Below, one piece after another: positions 17,813 through 26,065 of a stretch of 64,000 nucleotides of DNA. The notes under the pieces are model-generated. The model was not told the DNA's origin. It did no database searches and saw only the letters and a list, made by a program, of their open reading frames with translations. Source of the DNA: a virus (Duplodnaviria; Caudoviricetes). The DNA is taken from IMG/VR virus record IMGVR_UViG_3300008116_000192, positions 1 through 64,000 of that record, one strand, 5' to 3'. The position numbers and the translations under genes were made by a program. Positions within the stretch are counted from its first letter, which is position 1. Each line of letters starts with the position of its first letter.

Positions 17813-19606
17813 ATGCCTCTAAATAGAGCAACTGGCATAGATGCATCCACATCTCTATCTACTTTTGGATATCCAAATCCAACATCTGCTACTGGTGGAT
17901 CACTAGACTTAAGTGGATTATTAGCATCAATAAGATCAAACTTTACCATAAATGGTGGAGGAACAATATTCTTTAGCGGTTCGTCCTACTTATCATGGTC
18001 TCAAAGATTTATTGTAATGCAGGCTGGAAGCAGAAATACGAACTTTGCCATAGCAGGATATTTTGATATCAATATGCCAGCAGCAGGAACCGTAGTGATT
18101 GGTTTAGGCGGAGCGGCAGATAGATTAGCAGATGCAACTGGAATTCAGATTAATGCATGGGAATCTCTATATTATGTTTTACCAATCAATTCTAATAATG
18201 CATCTATAGCAACAAACTTTAGAATTGTTCAGTATACAGCAAATTATGATATTCCAGCACATTGGGTAAGAATAGCCACAAGAAGTGGAGACGGAAATTC
18301 ATATTTATATCTAAATAATGGAATAGTTTTGGGAGCTGGAGAATATTCTGCTGCTGGAATTCAAACAATTTATGCATATTCTCATAGTTTAGTTAAAAGA
18401 GACGGAAGCGGAAATGCTTGGTCAAGCGGAATTGCTCAGCATGATGGAACAAATACACTTGTACCATACTCTTCTATTAAAACTTCAAGTACAAGAACAA
18501 ATGATTTAGCTCCAAATGCTTACGGTTACGGACTATTTTCAGAATTTAAAAGCACACCATTTGCTGGAGTAACATCTGGAACATATGGTGGATTATTAAC
18601 ATATGCAGTATGGCAAGGAAATACTTTTTCAACTGGAGATCCATCTTATCAGTTATTATTTCATCCAGCTGGAGTAAATTCAACACTCCCTCCTCTTTTA
18701 AAAATTAGAGCAGGTATAGATACAACATGGGGTTCATGGTCTACAATATTACATTCTTCAAATGCCAGCTCTTTTGTTATTTCACAAAATGGTGATTTGT
18801 CTGCAGCTGCAGACTGGAATACATATACAACACCTGGAATTTATAGATATGGAAGAGCAGATTGGACGGGAGTAACAAATAATCCAGCAGCTGCTGCTTA
18901 CACATTTGGAACATTATCAGTTCTTGGTACGGGTACTAATGGAATAACTCAAGTTTATTATCCACATCAAGCTGGTTCTGGTGTCTGGTATAGAACTAAA
19001 TGGAATGCCTCCGATTGGACAGCTTGGGGACAATTACTAGACAATTCTTCTACTACTCAAACAAAAACTGGGTCATTAGCAGCAGCTAGTTTTATTCCTA
19101 CATCTTCTAGCGTTCCATCTAATGGAATGTATCTATCTGCAACTAACACAGTAAACTTCGCAAGCAATACAACAAATAGATTAGCTATAGATGCAAATGG
19201 GTCGTCTAAGTTTTTCAGCCAAATTCTTGAATCAGCAACAGTTTCAGCAACGGCGGCAGCAACAACAGTTACATATGATGTAATAACTAATAAAAATGTT
19301 TTATATTATACATCAAACGCTACCGCCAACTGGACATTTAATGTTCGTGGAAATTCTGGAACCACCCTTAATTCATTAATGGATACAGGGCAATCGCTTA
19401 CAGTTGTATTTATGAATACTAATGGAACAACAGCTTATTATGCTACCGCCTTCCAAATTGATGGAACAGCAGTTACTCCAAAATGGGCAAATGGAACTGC
19501 ACCATCTGCAGGAAATGCAAGCAGCATTGACATTTATACATATAATATAATTAAAACAGCATCAGCAACGTATACTGTTCTTGCATCCCAGTCTAGATTT
19601 GCGTAG
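17813..19606 (+). CDS. Tail-fibre-like protein (pyocin-knob-like DWNTY..PGIY...WxxW segment)
   Basis: 597 aa, GGAGG SD. Shares the VPxNGMYLS module with gene 5222. Confidence 0.55.
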   Translation: MPLNRATGIDASTSLSTFGYPNPTSATGGSLDLSGLLASIRSNFTINGGGTIFFSGSSYLSWSQRFIVMQAGSRNTNFAIAGYFDINMPAAGTVVIGLGGAADRLADATGIQINAWESLYYVLPINSNNASIATNFRIVQYTANYDIPAHWVRIATRSGDGNSYLYLNNGIVLGAGEYSAAGIQTIYAYSHSLVKRDGSGNAWSSGIAQHDGTNTLVPYSSIKTSSTRTNDLAPNAYGYGLFSEFKSTPFAGVTSGTYGGLLTYAVWQGNTFSTGDPSYQLLFHPAGVNSTLPPLLKIRAGIDTTWGSWSTILHSSNASSFVISQNGDLSAAADWNTYTTPGIYRYGRADWTGVTNNPAAAAYTFGTLSVLGTGTNGITQVYYPHQAGSGVWYRTKWNASDWTAWGQLLDNSSTTQTKTGSLAAASFIPTSSSVPSNGMYLSATNTVNFASNTTNRLAIDANGSSKFFSQILESATVSATAAATTVTYDVITNKNVLYYTSNATANWTFNVRGNSGTTLNSLMDTGQSLTVVFMNTNGTTAYYATAFQIDGTAVTPKWANGTAPSAGNASSIDIYTYNIIKTASATYTVLASQSRFA

Positions 19607-19614
19607 GTTTAGCG

Positions 19615-20580
19615 ATGCCAATACTTGGATCATTTGGTGGAGCGGGAGTAAGAGGATTTAGGCCTGGCAGTGAATACTCTATATCTCCTAGCACCACTTC
19701 AGTAAATGAAGGCTCATCTGTTACATTTACAGTTAGATCCATATCTAGCTCAGGAACATTATATTGGACACTAGAAGCAGTTTCTGGAACTGTAAATAAT
19801 CAAGATTTTTCATCTCCCGCAAGCGCTGTTTCATCAGGTGGCTCAGTTACAATAACTAATGGCTCAGGATCATTTTCAGTAACTCTTAACAATGATGCTT
19901 CAACCGAAGGTGCAGAAACATTTAGAGCAAGGCTTAGAACTGGATCTACATCTGGAACAATTGTTGCAACAAGTTCAACGGTTACAATAAATGATACTTC
20001 AGTTACAACTACAACAACAGCCGCACCTTTCCCAAATATTTCAAACGTTATCGCATATGGAGCAGGTCCAGGACAAACCTGGACTCAAACTCAAGCCTAT
20101 GTAACTTGGGGTGGAAGTGCTTGGGGATCATATACAGTTATAGCTAGCAATGGATCTTCTAGCAATAGTCCAAATTCTGGTGGCGGACCACCAGTACTTC
20201 TAAGCGGATTCTCTGCTGGAACTACTTATTCTGTAACAGTAACACTTTACGCTAATGCGAATTATACTGGAAATACTGCCAGTGGCAGCACCTCATTTAC
20301 TACAGCAGCAGCTACTACCACGACAACAGCCGCACCTACCACTACGACTACTACCACGACAACAACAGCAGCTCCGACTACGACTACTACCACTACAACA
20401 ACAGCAGCTCCGACTACGACTACGACTACTACGACAACGGCTGCGACTACAACTACAACGGCTGGAAATGTTTGTGCAGCTTGTCCTCAATATTCTGCTT
20501 CATCTAACGCATGTGCTCAATGTACAAATTGCGTTGTTAACCTAGGTGGATACTGGGATGGATCACAGTGTCTATTATAA
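19615..20580 (+). CDS. Ig/Calx-beta-like domains + mucin-like (AAPT9)n Thr stalk + Cys-rich C-terminal tip
   Basis: SVNEG...EGAETF...TINDTS (Calx-beta-like), then a poly-Thr repeat and a C-terminus with 6 Cys (CAAC...CAQCTNC...C). Confidence 0.65.
   Translation: MPILGSFGGAGVRGFRPGSEYSISPSTTSVNEGSSVTFTVRSISSSGTLYWTLEAVSGTVNNQDFSSPASAVSSGGSVTITNGSGSFSVTLNNDASTEGAETFRARLRTGSTSGTIVATSSTVTINDTSVTTTTTAAPFPNISNVIAYGAGPGQTWTQTQAYVTWGGSAWGSYTVIASNGSSSNSPNSGGGPPVLLSGFSAGTTYSVTVTLYANANYTGNTASGSTSFTTAAATTTTTAAPTTTTTTTTTTAAPTTTTTTTTTAAPTTTTTTTTTAATTTTTAGNVCAACPQYSASSNACAQCTNCVVNLGGYWDGSQCLL
20299..20463 (+). repeat. Tandem 36-nt repeats encoding AAPTTTTTTTTT x3 with flanking Thr runs
   Basis: Seen in the sequence and translation. 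Confidence 0.9.
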
Positions 20581-20609
20581 TTTACAGAATTTTAGACATA
20601 TGCTATACT
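20581..20609 (+). promoter_or_regulatory. Promoter TTTACA-17-TATACT with extended -10 TG
   Basis: Directly after the stop of 19615 and upstream of 20634. Confidence 0.65.
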
Positions 20610-20633
20610 TAACAAATATAAAAGGAGAAATAT

Positions 20634-20846
20634 ATGACAATAAAAAAATTTGCTGGGATTGTTGAAGGCGAAGTATTTACAATAGTTACAGTAGATAGCG
20701 AATTTCAAGGTAATGATGGAGTCGCAGGAGATAGAATTATTGCTGGATTTTCGTCTGACCCAAAATTCGTAGAAATTCCATCAGAATCTGAAGTTACCAT
20801 AGAGTGGACATGGGATGGAAATCAATTTATCTCTCCAATAGTTTAA
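20634..20846 (+). CDS. Small hypothetical protein (fibre-assembly-like, ends WTWDGxxF)
   Basis: 70 aa, AAGGAG SD. Resembles small proteins that follow fibre genes (inference). Confidence 0.4.
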   Translation: MTIKKFAGIVEGEVFTIVTVDSEFQGNDGVAGDRIIAGFSSDPKFVEIPSESEVTIEWTWDGNQFISPIV

Positions 20847-20870
20847 AATACTATATAGAAAAGTGGTAAA

Positions 20871-21872
20871 ATGAATAACTATAAAATATCAATGGCTCAA
20901 ATAGATCCAAACGGACTATGTAATTCTGGCTGCTGGTTTTGCCCTGTGGCATATTCTCCAAATCCAATTCAGGCTAAAAAGAATATGCCAATAGAAACAT
21001 TAGAAAATATTTTATCTCAGCTAGTTGCTGGCAAGGGAGACTTTGTATCAGAGTCTTTTAATTTTATATATACAGCCCACTATAATGAAGTTCTTTTGTA
21101 TAAGCATTTTGAAGAAATGCTTGGTCTTTTTAGGTGTTATGGATTTCAAACAATTGTTCTCACAAACGGAACTCCGCTGACTCCAGCTAAAACTGATATT
21201 ATTAAAAACTACAAAGATGTTGTTTATGGAATATGTTTTAATATTCCAGAGTCAGATCCAGTTTTATGGTCAAAAGCAGTTAATATGCCAGAGTCAATGT
21301 TTCCAAGATTAGTAAATAATCTTAAGTATGCAATTGAGCAGTTGCCAGAAATGTTTGAAGAGAAAAGAATGTCTATTCAAGTTAATGGAATGAATCAAAT
21401 GTCTCTTAGCCAATACGGTGGGTGGCTTGATATTTTGCCAAACGCTCCAGAAATTGATTTAAATCCTACATCTGGAACTTTAGCAACTTCAGTTAATGGC
21501 TTTAGAGAAACATTTCCAGGAATGCAAGTTTATGAAATGCCACACCTTATAGATAGAGCAGGTCACTTGGATAAGCATCAGGTTATAACAAATATTCAAG
21601 GAATTAAAAATCATGCTAAAAAAGATAAGCAAAGAGTTATTGGCTGTGGAAATGGAAGAGAAGTTGGAGGAAGACCAAACGGTTGGATACATGTAAATGC
21701 TAATGGAGAAATGTTTATATGTTGCAATGACTATGATTTTGAAACAGTATTTGGAAATGTAAATGAAAAGCCTATAAAGGATATATGGATGAGTAAAGAG
21801 CATTTAGATATGGTTGAGCAGTCATATAAAACAATCTGTACAACATGTGCTGCAGCAATCTGGGGTGATTGA
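20871..21872 (+). CDS. Radical SAM protein with C-terminal SPASM/twitch domain
   Basis: CNSGCWFC (CX3CX2C) and C-terminal GC...VNANGEMFICCND...FGNV....I.DIW...CTTC. Confidence 0.88.
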   Translation: MNNYKISMAQIDPNGLCNSGCWFCPVAYSPNPIQAKKNMPIETLENILSQLVAGKGDFVSESFNFIYTAHYNEVLLYKHFEEMLGLFRCYGFQTIVLTNGTPLTPAKTDIIKNYKDVVYGICFNIPESDPVLWSKAVNMPESMFPRLVNNLKYAIEQLPEMFEEKRMSIQVNGMNQMSLSQYGGWLDILPNAPEIDLNPTSGTLATSVNGFRETFPGMQVYEMPHLIDRAGHLDKHQVITNIQGIKNHAKKDKQRVIGCGNGREVGGRPNGWIHVNANGEMFICCNDYDFETVFGNVNEKPIKDIWMSKEHLDMVEQSYKTICTTCAAAIWGD

Positions 21873-22777
21873 TGCCAAGCATATTCGTACAACTATCTTC
21901 TTATCACGATTATGAGTTAGAAAAAACTATATACAGTGCAGTAGATAATTCATCTGGCGAAAATACAATTAATTTTGGAGTACATGTTTTATATCATAAA
22001 AATAATGATATTCCTATTCCAAATTTAAAAAATGTAAAGGTTGAAATAAGCAAAGCTCCAGACAACCTTGGAATGGGAATTGGACGTAATATAGCTCATC
22101 AATTTTATTCTGGAGAAGATTACTATGTTCAAGTAGACTCTCACACTATGTTTGATAAAAATTGGGACAGCATCTTTATAAAAGATATACAAAAATATAA
22201 ATCAGAAGGATTCGATAAGCCTTTGCTAACATCTTATCCTAGAAATTATTGGTATGAAGGGCTTGAAAAAAAATTTGATTATAGTGGACATAACAATATA
22301 ACTTATATATCTTTTCATGAAAATCCACAAATGTTTAAAGAATATAGAATTCCATCTCAAACAGCTATGTTTAATGATAAAGGTAATATATTTTCAAGAT
22401 CAGTTTCTGGAGGAGCAATATTTACAGTTGGAGAATTTATTGAGCCAAACAAAAACATATTTGCTAACGGAGAAGAAATATTCATTGCTGCTAGAGCCTG
22501 GACAAGTGGGTACGACTTACTCCTTCCAAGTAGACACATAATTTGCCACCTCTATTATGATCACAAAAATCCTTTAAAAAATAATAGAAGGTTGGCCTGG
22601 AATGATTATCCAGATATAACAAACTCTTTAGATAAAATAAGTAAAAAAGAAATAATGGACACCTTTACGCAAAATATCGTAGGCCCGCACCACCTTGGAT
22701 CAAAAAGAAGTTTAAAGGATTTTCAAACTTACAGCGGGTTGAATTTTGAAACTGGAGAAATTCTTGAAAACTGCTAG
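21872..22777 (+). CDS. GT-A glycosyltransferase, Skp1 GlcNAc-transferase-like (GT60 / Pfam GlcNAc family)
   Basis: SIFVQLSSYHD...GxGxxR...YYVQVDSHTMFDKNWD...LTSYP matches the family pattern (IFVxIASYRD...QIDSHxRF..xWD). TGATG coupling to the rSAM gene. Confidence 0.75.
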   Translation: MPSIFVQLSSYHDYELEKTIYSAVDNSSGENTINFGVHVLYHKNNDIPIPNLKNVKVEISKAPDNLGMGIGRNIAHQFYSGEDYYVQVDSHTMFDKNWDSIFIKDIQKYKSEGFDKPLLTSYPRNYWYEGLEKKFDYSGHNNITYISFHENPQMFKEYRIPSQTAMFNDKGNIFSRSVSGGAIFTVGEFIEPNKNIFANGEEIFIAARAWTSGYDLLLPSRHIICHLYYDHKNPLKNNRRLAWNDYPDITNSLDKISKKEIMDTFTQNIVGPHHLGSKRSLKDFQTYSGLNFETGEILENC

Positions 22778-23555
22778 AGTAATATTAACTGGATCAGAAG
22801 GTTATGTTGGAACGGCAACAAAAGAATTATTAGAGAACTCTGGATATAGAGTATTCGGAATAGATAAGAAAATTAAACGTGATACAAAATTTATACTTAA
22901 GTATTTAATTAATTTAGATGTAAAATGCATCATTCATTTATCAGCCAAAAAATCGATTCCTGAATCTAAGAAAAAACCATTTTCTTATTACTTTAATAAT
23001 ATATTGTCGACTTTTATGGTCGGAGTTGCTTCAAGGCTATTTGATATACCAGTCGTCTTTGCATCCTCTGCAGCTATTTATAATCCCTCAAATCCATATG
23101 CAAAATCAAAAAAAATAGAGGAAAATATTTTAAGGTTGCTCTCTCGTAAATTAGTTATCTTAAGATACTTTAATATTGTTGGAAAGACAAGAACGGCTAG
23201 CGATGCAGGGTCTACAAATATTTTTTCAGTAATTAATGAAAATTCATCCATAAAGATAAGTAGCACAATATCTACAAGAGACTATGTTCATATTTTAGAT
23301 ATAGCGCTAGCCAACATGTTAGCTATGAACTATTTAGAAAATAATAAATATTTAATTACAGATATATTTACTGGACAAAGAAGAGGTGTGCTTGATATAA
23401 TAGAAGAGTATAAAAAAAATAGTTATAATATTAAGTACACAGTGGCGGGAGTTAAAGACAGCTCTGTTTTACCCGCTATAGATAACAGAGGAATGCTGGG
23501 CTGGGAGCCAAGGTATAACTTTGAACAAGCAATTAAGTCTGAAATAGAGCAGTAA
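22764..23555 (+). CDS. NAD-dependent epimerase/dehydratase (GalE-like extended SDR)
   Basis: TGSEGYVG Rossmann motif, FASSAAIY, YAKSK (YxxxK), LRYFNIVG, RDYVH. Probable TTG start at 22764 after GGAG. Confidence 0.85.
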   Translation: MKTARVILTGSEGYVGTATKELLENSGYRVFGIDKKIKRDTKFILKYLINLDVKCIIHLSAKKSIPESKKKPFSYYFNNILSTFMVGVASRLFDIPVVFASSAAIYNPSNPYAKSKKIEENILRLLSRKLVILRYFNIVGKTRTASDAGSTNIFSVINENSSIKISSTISTRDYVHILDIALANMLAMNYLENNKYLITDIFTGQRRGVLDIIEEYKKNSYNIKYTVAGVKDSSVLPAIDNRGMLGWEPRYNFEQAIKSEIEQ

Positions 23556-23559
23556 TCCA

Positions 23560-23588
23560 TTGCTTTATAAGCTATTTTATAATATACT
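23560..23588 (+). promoter_or_regulatory. Promoter TTGCTT-17-TATACT
   Basis: Upstream of 23612. Confidence 0.55.
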
Positions 23589-23611
23589 ATAAAAGTCAAA
23601 AGGAGAATAAA

Positions 23612-23842
23612 ATGACACTAGACTACAGTTCAATGCTCACAGACGAGCAGAAGCGCAACATCCTTCAGCAAAGAATTTCACAGTTTGCTGCAGAGGCATA
23701 CCAACATTCACTAAACAAGCAGACATGTGCAAGCCTTGAGGATGAAGCTGGAATCGAAGCAGCAGACAAGTCTCTTGCTGTTCTAGAAGCAGCAATTGCA
23801 GTTCATAAAGCAGAGCTAGAAGCTCTTCCAGCAGCAGAGTAA
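23612..23842 (+). CDS. Small helical/coiled-coil protein, probable paralog of 53046
   Basis: 76 aa, AAGGAG SD. LTDEQKRNIL resembles LSKEEKISII. Confidence 0.5.
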   Translation: MTLDYSSMLTDEQKRNILQQRISQFAAEAYQHSLNKQTCASLEDEAGIEAADKSLAVLEAAIAVHKAELEALPAAE

Positions 23843-23847
23843 TATTC

Positions 23848-23869
23848 TGCTATAATGACATTATGTCAT
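23848..23869 (+). promoter_or_regulatory. Extended -10 TGCTATAAT with leaderless ATG 6 nt downstream, plus ATGACA-N3-TGTCAT palindrome over the start
   Basis: -10 ends at 23856 and ATG is at 23863, with no SD. Confidence 0.6.
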
Positions 23870-25656
23870 ATGATCTTAAAGTAATTAAAGATCATCCAGT
23901 AGGATTTTGGAAATTGGATGAGACTTCTGGCACTATCGCAGCAGACTCTTCTGGGTGTGCAAATAATGGTACATATGTCGGAGGCATACAGTTAAATCTT
24001 ATGCCTTTAGTATCTGGCGGTATTGCTGGAAGTCTTATCAATAATACAAGATATGTAACTCTTCCAACTACTAAAGACTATTATGGCAATACAACAAGCG
24101 GCGGGCTAGGAAATAAGAATACATCAGATAATGATTTCTCCCTAGAGCTTTGGATATTCCCTAAGATAACAACAACAAACCAGACAACCATATTTGCAGA
24201 TACTACAAACAATATTGGTATATATATTCAAAACGGTAACTTGATTTTTAAAGTTCAAACAGAATCTATAGAGCATACAATTAATCAATATAATCAGGTA
24301 ATGCATATTGTGGCAGTGTACAGAAGCACATCCATTGCATTATATGTTAATGGTAGATCAGTATCTTCAAAGACATTAACAGGATTCAGGTTTACAAATT
24401 CCTCCCTATCCTTGCAGATAGGACCAACAGCAAATGCATCAGATTCATTTATTGTAGATGCTCCAGCAGTTTATAGATATGGATTAAGTCCAGATATAAT
24501 TAAAAGACATTTTCTAGCATCTCAGCCAATTATTCCAATTCAAGTTGTAACTCCAGATGACGGAGAATTATTCATCCTTTCAGATATGAATATTAAGAAA
24601 AACTTTGAAATGTCTTATCCTCTCAACAGAGATTGGTCAACGCTGTATAATGCAAATCTATTCTATGACAAAGTAGAAAATTCTATATCTCTAATATCAG
24701 ATACAGTAGGAACAAGTAAATCTGCAGTGGTATACGATAAGTTTGTTATGCCTACTGGTATAGGTTTAACGTCTTCTAAGGTAGAATGGAATGGAACTCC
24801 TGGAGTCACAATTGAAACAAGTACCGATGGTGTCACATACACTGCTTGTGAAAACGGCAGAACAATTCCTGGTTATAGAATAGGAATTAGCTCATTTAAT
24901 CCTAACGGAGAGGTATATGTAAAAATTACCCTTTCGACTACAGACTCAAGCAGATATATTCCCAAATTATATTCATTAAGATTTAGCTTTTTTACAAACA
25001 AGTATATTTACGCATTTAATGGCGGAGACTACATTCAGCCTATACAACCATCAGCTGGAACCGTGGACCTATCTATTTGGGATTACGATTTAGGAACAAT
25101 AGATTATCAAGTACTTTCCAGAAATACAAAGGCTGGCATTAAACCATATCCTCCAGGGTTTGCCATTAACACCACAAAAAATATCCAATCAGTAGAAATG
25201 ATGTTTACTCCATTAAATACAAATACTGAGAACTTCTTGGTCTACGGTGCCACAAACCACTACTATTCTTGGAATGCCAGCGGTGTTATAACCAAGGGTT
25301 CTGCCGTTTCCGCTATATATGTAAACGGAGTAGATAGAACAGCAGCAACGAATATATCGACATTTTTGACGGCAGGCGAACAGCACCATATCGTAATAGT
25401 ATTTTCTTCAGCCATTACAACAAGAATCTGGTTCAATGTAAAGGTATCTTCAAATACTTGGACAAACGCTGGTCCTAGAAATACATATAACTATATTGGG
25501 ATATATGAATCTCAATTGTCTTCAACTCAGGCTTCAAGCCACTATTCCCTATATACTGGCAGGTCCCTAGGAAGCGCTACAGATCCGTCATTTGCAATTA
25601 CAGAATCTAGCGTTTCTTTGTATAATAGGGACTGGACAGTGATAAAAAGTATCTAG
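23863..25656 (+). CDS. LamG-domain minor virion protein
   Basis: HPVGFWKLDETSG...DSSG..NNGTY, FSLELWI, LYVNG, plus a second LamG-like region at the C-terminus. Confidence 0.7.
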   Translation: MSYDLKVIKDHPVGFWKLDETSGTIAADSSGCANNGTYVGGIQLNLMPLVSGGIAGSLINNTRYVTLPTTKDYYGNTTSGGLGNKNTSDNDFSLELWIFPKITTTNQTTIFADTTNNIGIYIQNGNLIFKVQTESIEHTINQYNQVMHIVAVYRSTSIALYVNGRSVSSKTLTGFRFTNSSLSLQIGPTANASDSFIVDAPAVYRYGLSPDIIKRHFLASQPIIPIQVVTPDDGELFILSDMNIKKNFEMSYPLNRDWSTLYNANLFYDKVENSISLISDTVGTSKSAVVYDKFVMPTGIGLTSSKVEWNGTPGVTIETSTDGVTYTACENGRTIPGYRIGISSFNPNGEVYVKITLSTTDSSRYIPKLYSLRFSFFTNKYIYAFNGGDYIQPIQPSAGTVDLSIWDYDLGTIDYQVLSRNTKAGIKPYPPGFAINTTKNIQSVEMMFTPLNTNTENFLVYGATNHYYSWNASGVITKGSAVSAIYVNGVDRTAATNISTFLTAGEQHHIVIVFSSAITTRIWFNVKVSSNTWTNAGPRNTYNYIGIYESQLSSTQASSHYSLYTGRSLGSATDPSFAITESSVSLYNRDWTVIKSI

Positions 25657-25680
25657 TCTGTCATTCCTTGTGACAAAACG

Positions 25681-25709
25681 TGGACTTTGACTAAAAAGAA
25701 TGGTAGAAT
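25681..25709 (+). promoter_or_regulatory. Promoter TGGACT-17-TAGAAT with extended -10 TG
   Basis: ATG of 25718 lies 8 nt after the -10. Confidence 0.5.
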
Positions 25710-25717
25710 AACATCAT

Positions 25718-26065
25718 ATGGACATTAAAAAAATTAACTCTAGAGTACTGGACGAAGAAACCCGTCTAGGAATATATGTTTGGGAAATGCCAGATGGTCG
25801 CTGGATTGGTGATGATGACGGTAATTTCCTATCAGTAACAGCCACAAAGGGAAATAGATCGAAGATGGACGCCTTAGCAAAAGAAGTAAGATCTGATGGA
25901 ATACATGAAGGTCAGCCTAAATTCCTTTCAGGTAGAAGAAAGATTGATGACGAAGAGTTTGAATATCAAAAGCAAAGACTAGAGTGGGGCTTAATTCCAG
26001 ATCCTTATGATATTGGTAACTATAAGGATGAAATGAAAGCAGCAAATAAAGGAAAAACACGATGA
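25718..26065 (+). CDS. Conserved hypothetical protein preceding portal
   Basis: 115 aa, ATGA overlap with the portal gene. Confidence 0.55.
   Translation: MDIKKINSRVLDEETRLGIYVWEMPDGRWIGDDDGNFLSVTATKGNRSKMDALAKEVRSDGIHEGQPKFLSGRRKIDDEEFEYQKQRLEWGLIPDPYDIGNYKDEMKAANKGKTR

Noticed and set aside
5222-19606. Diversity-generating retroelement or shufflon acting on fibre repeats
   Set aside because: No reverse transcriptase or invertase in the window. Repeat copies differ at synonymous sites, not in an adenine-specific pattern, and no inverted crossover sites were seen.
20299-20463. 36-nt repeats as a possible CRISPR mini-array
   Set aside because: Contiguous, in-frame coding repeats without unique spacers, and no cas genes.
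20255-20545. Alternative-frame ORFs (poly-Q/L/R 96 aa, and minus-strand poly-S/R/C 65 aa) over the Thr repeat
   Set aside because: By-products of the ACN-rich tandem repeat.
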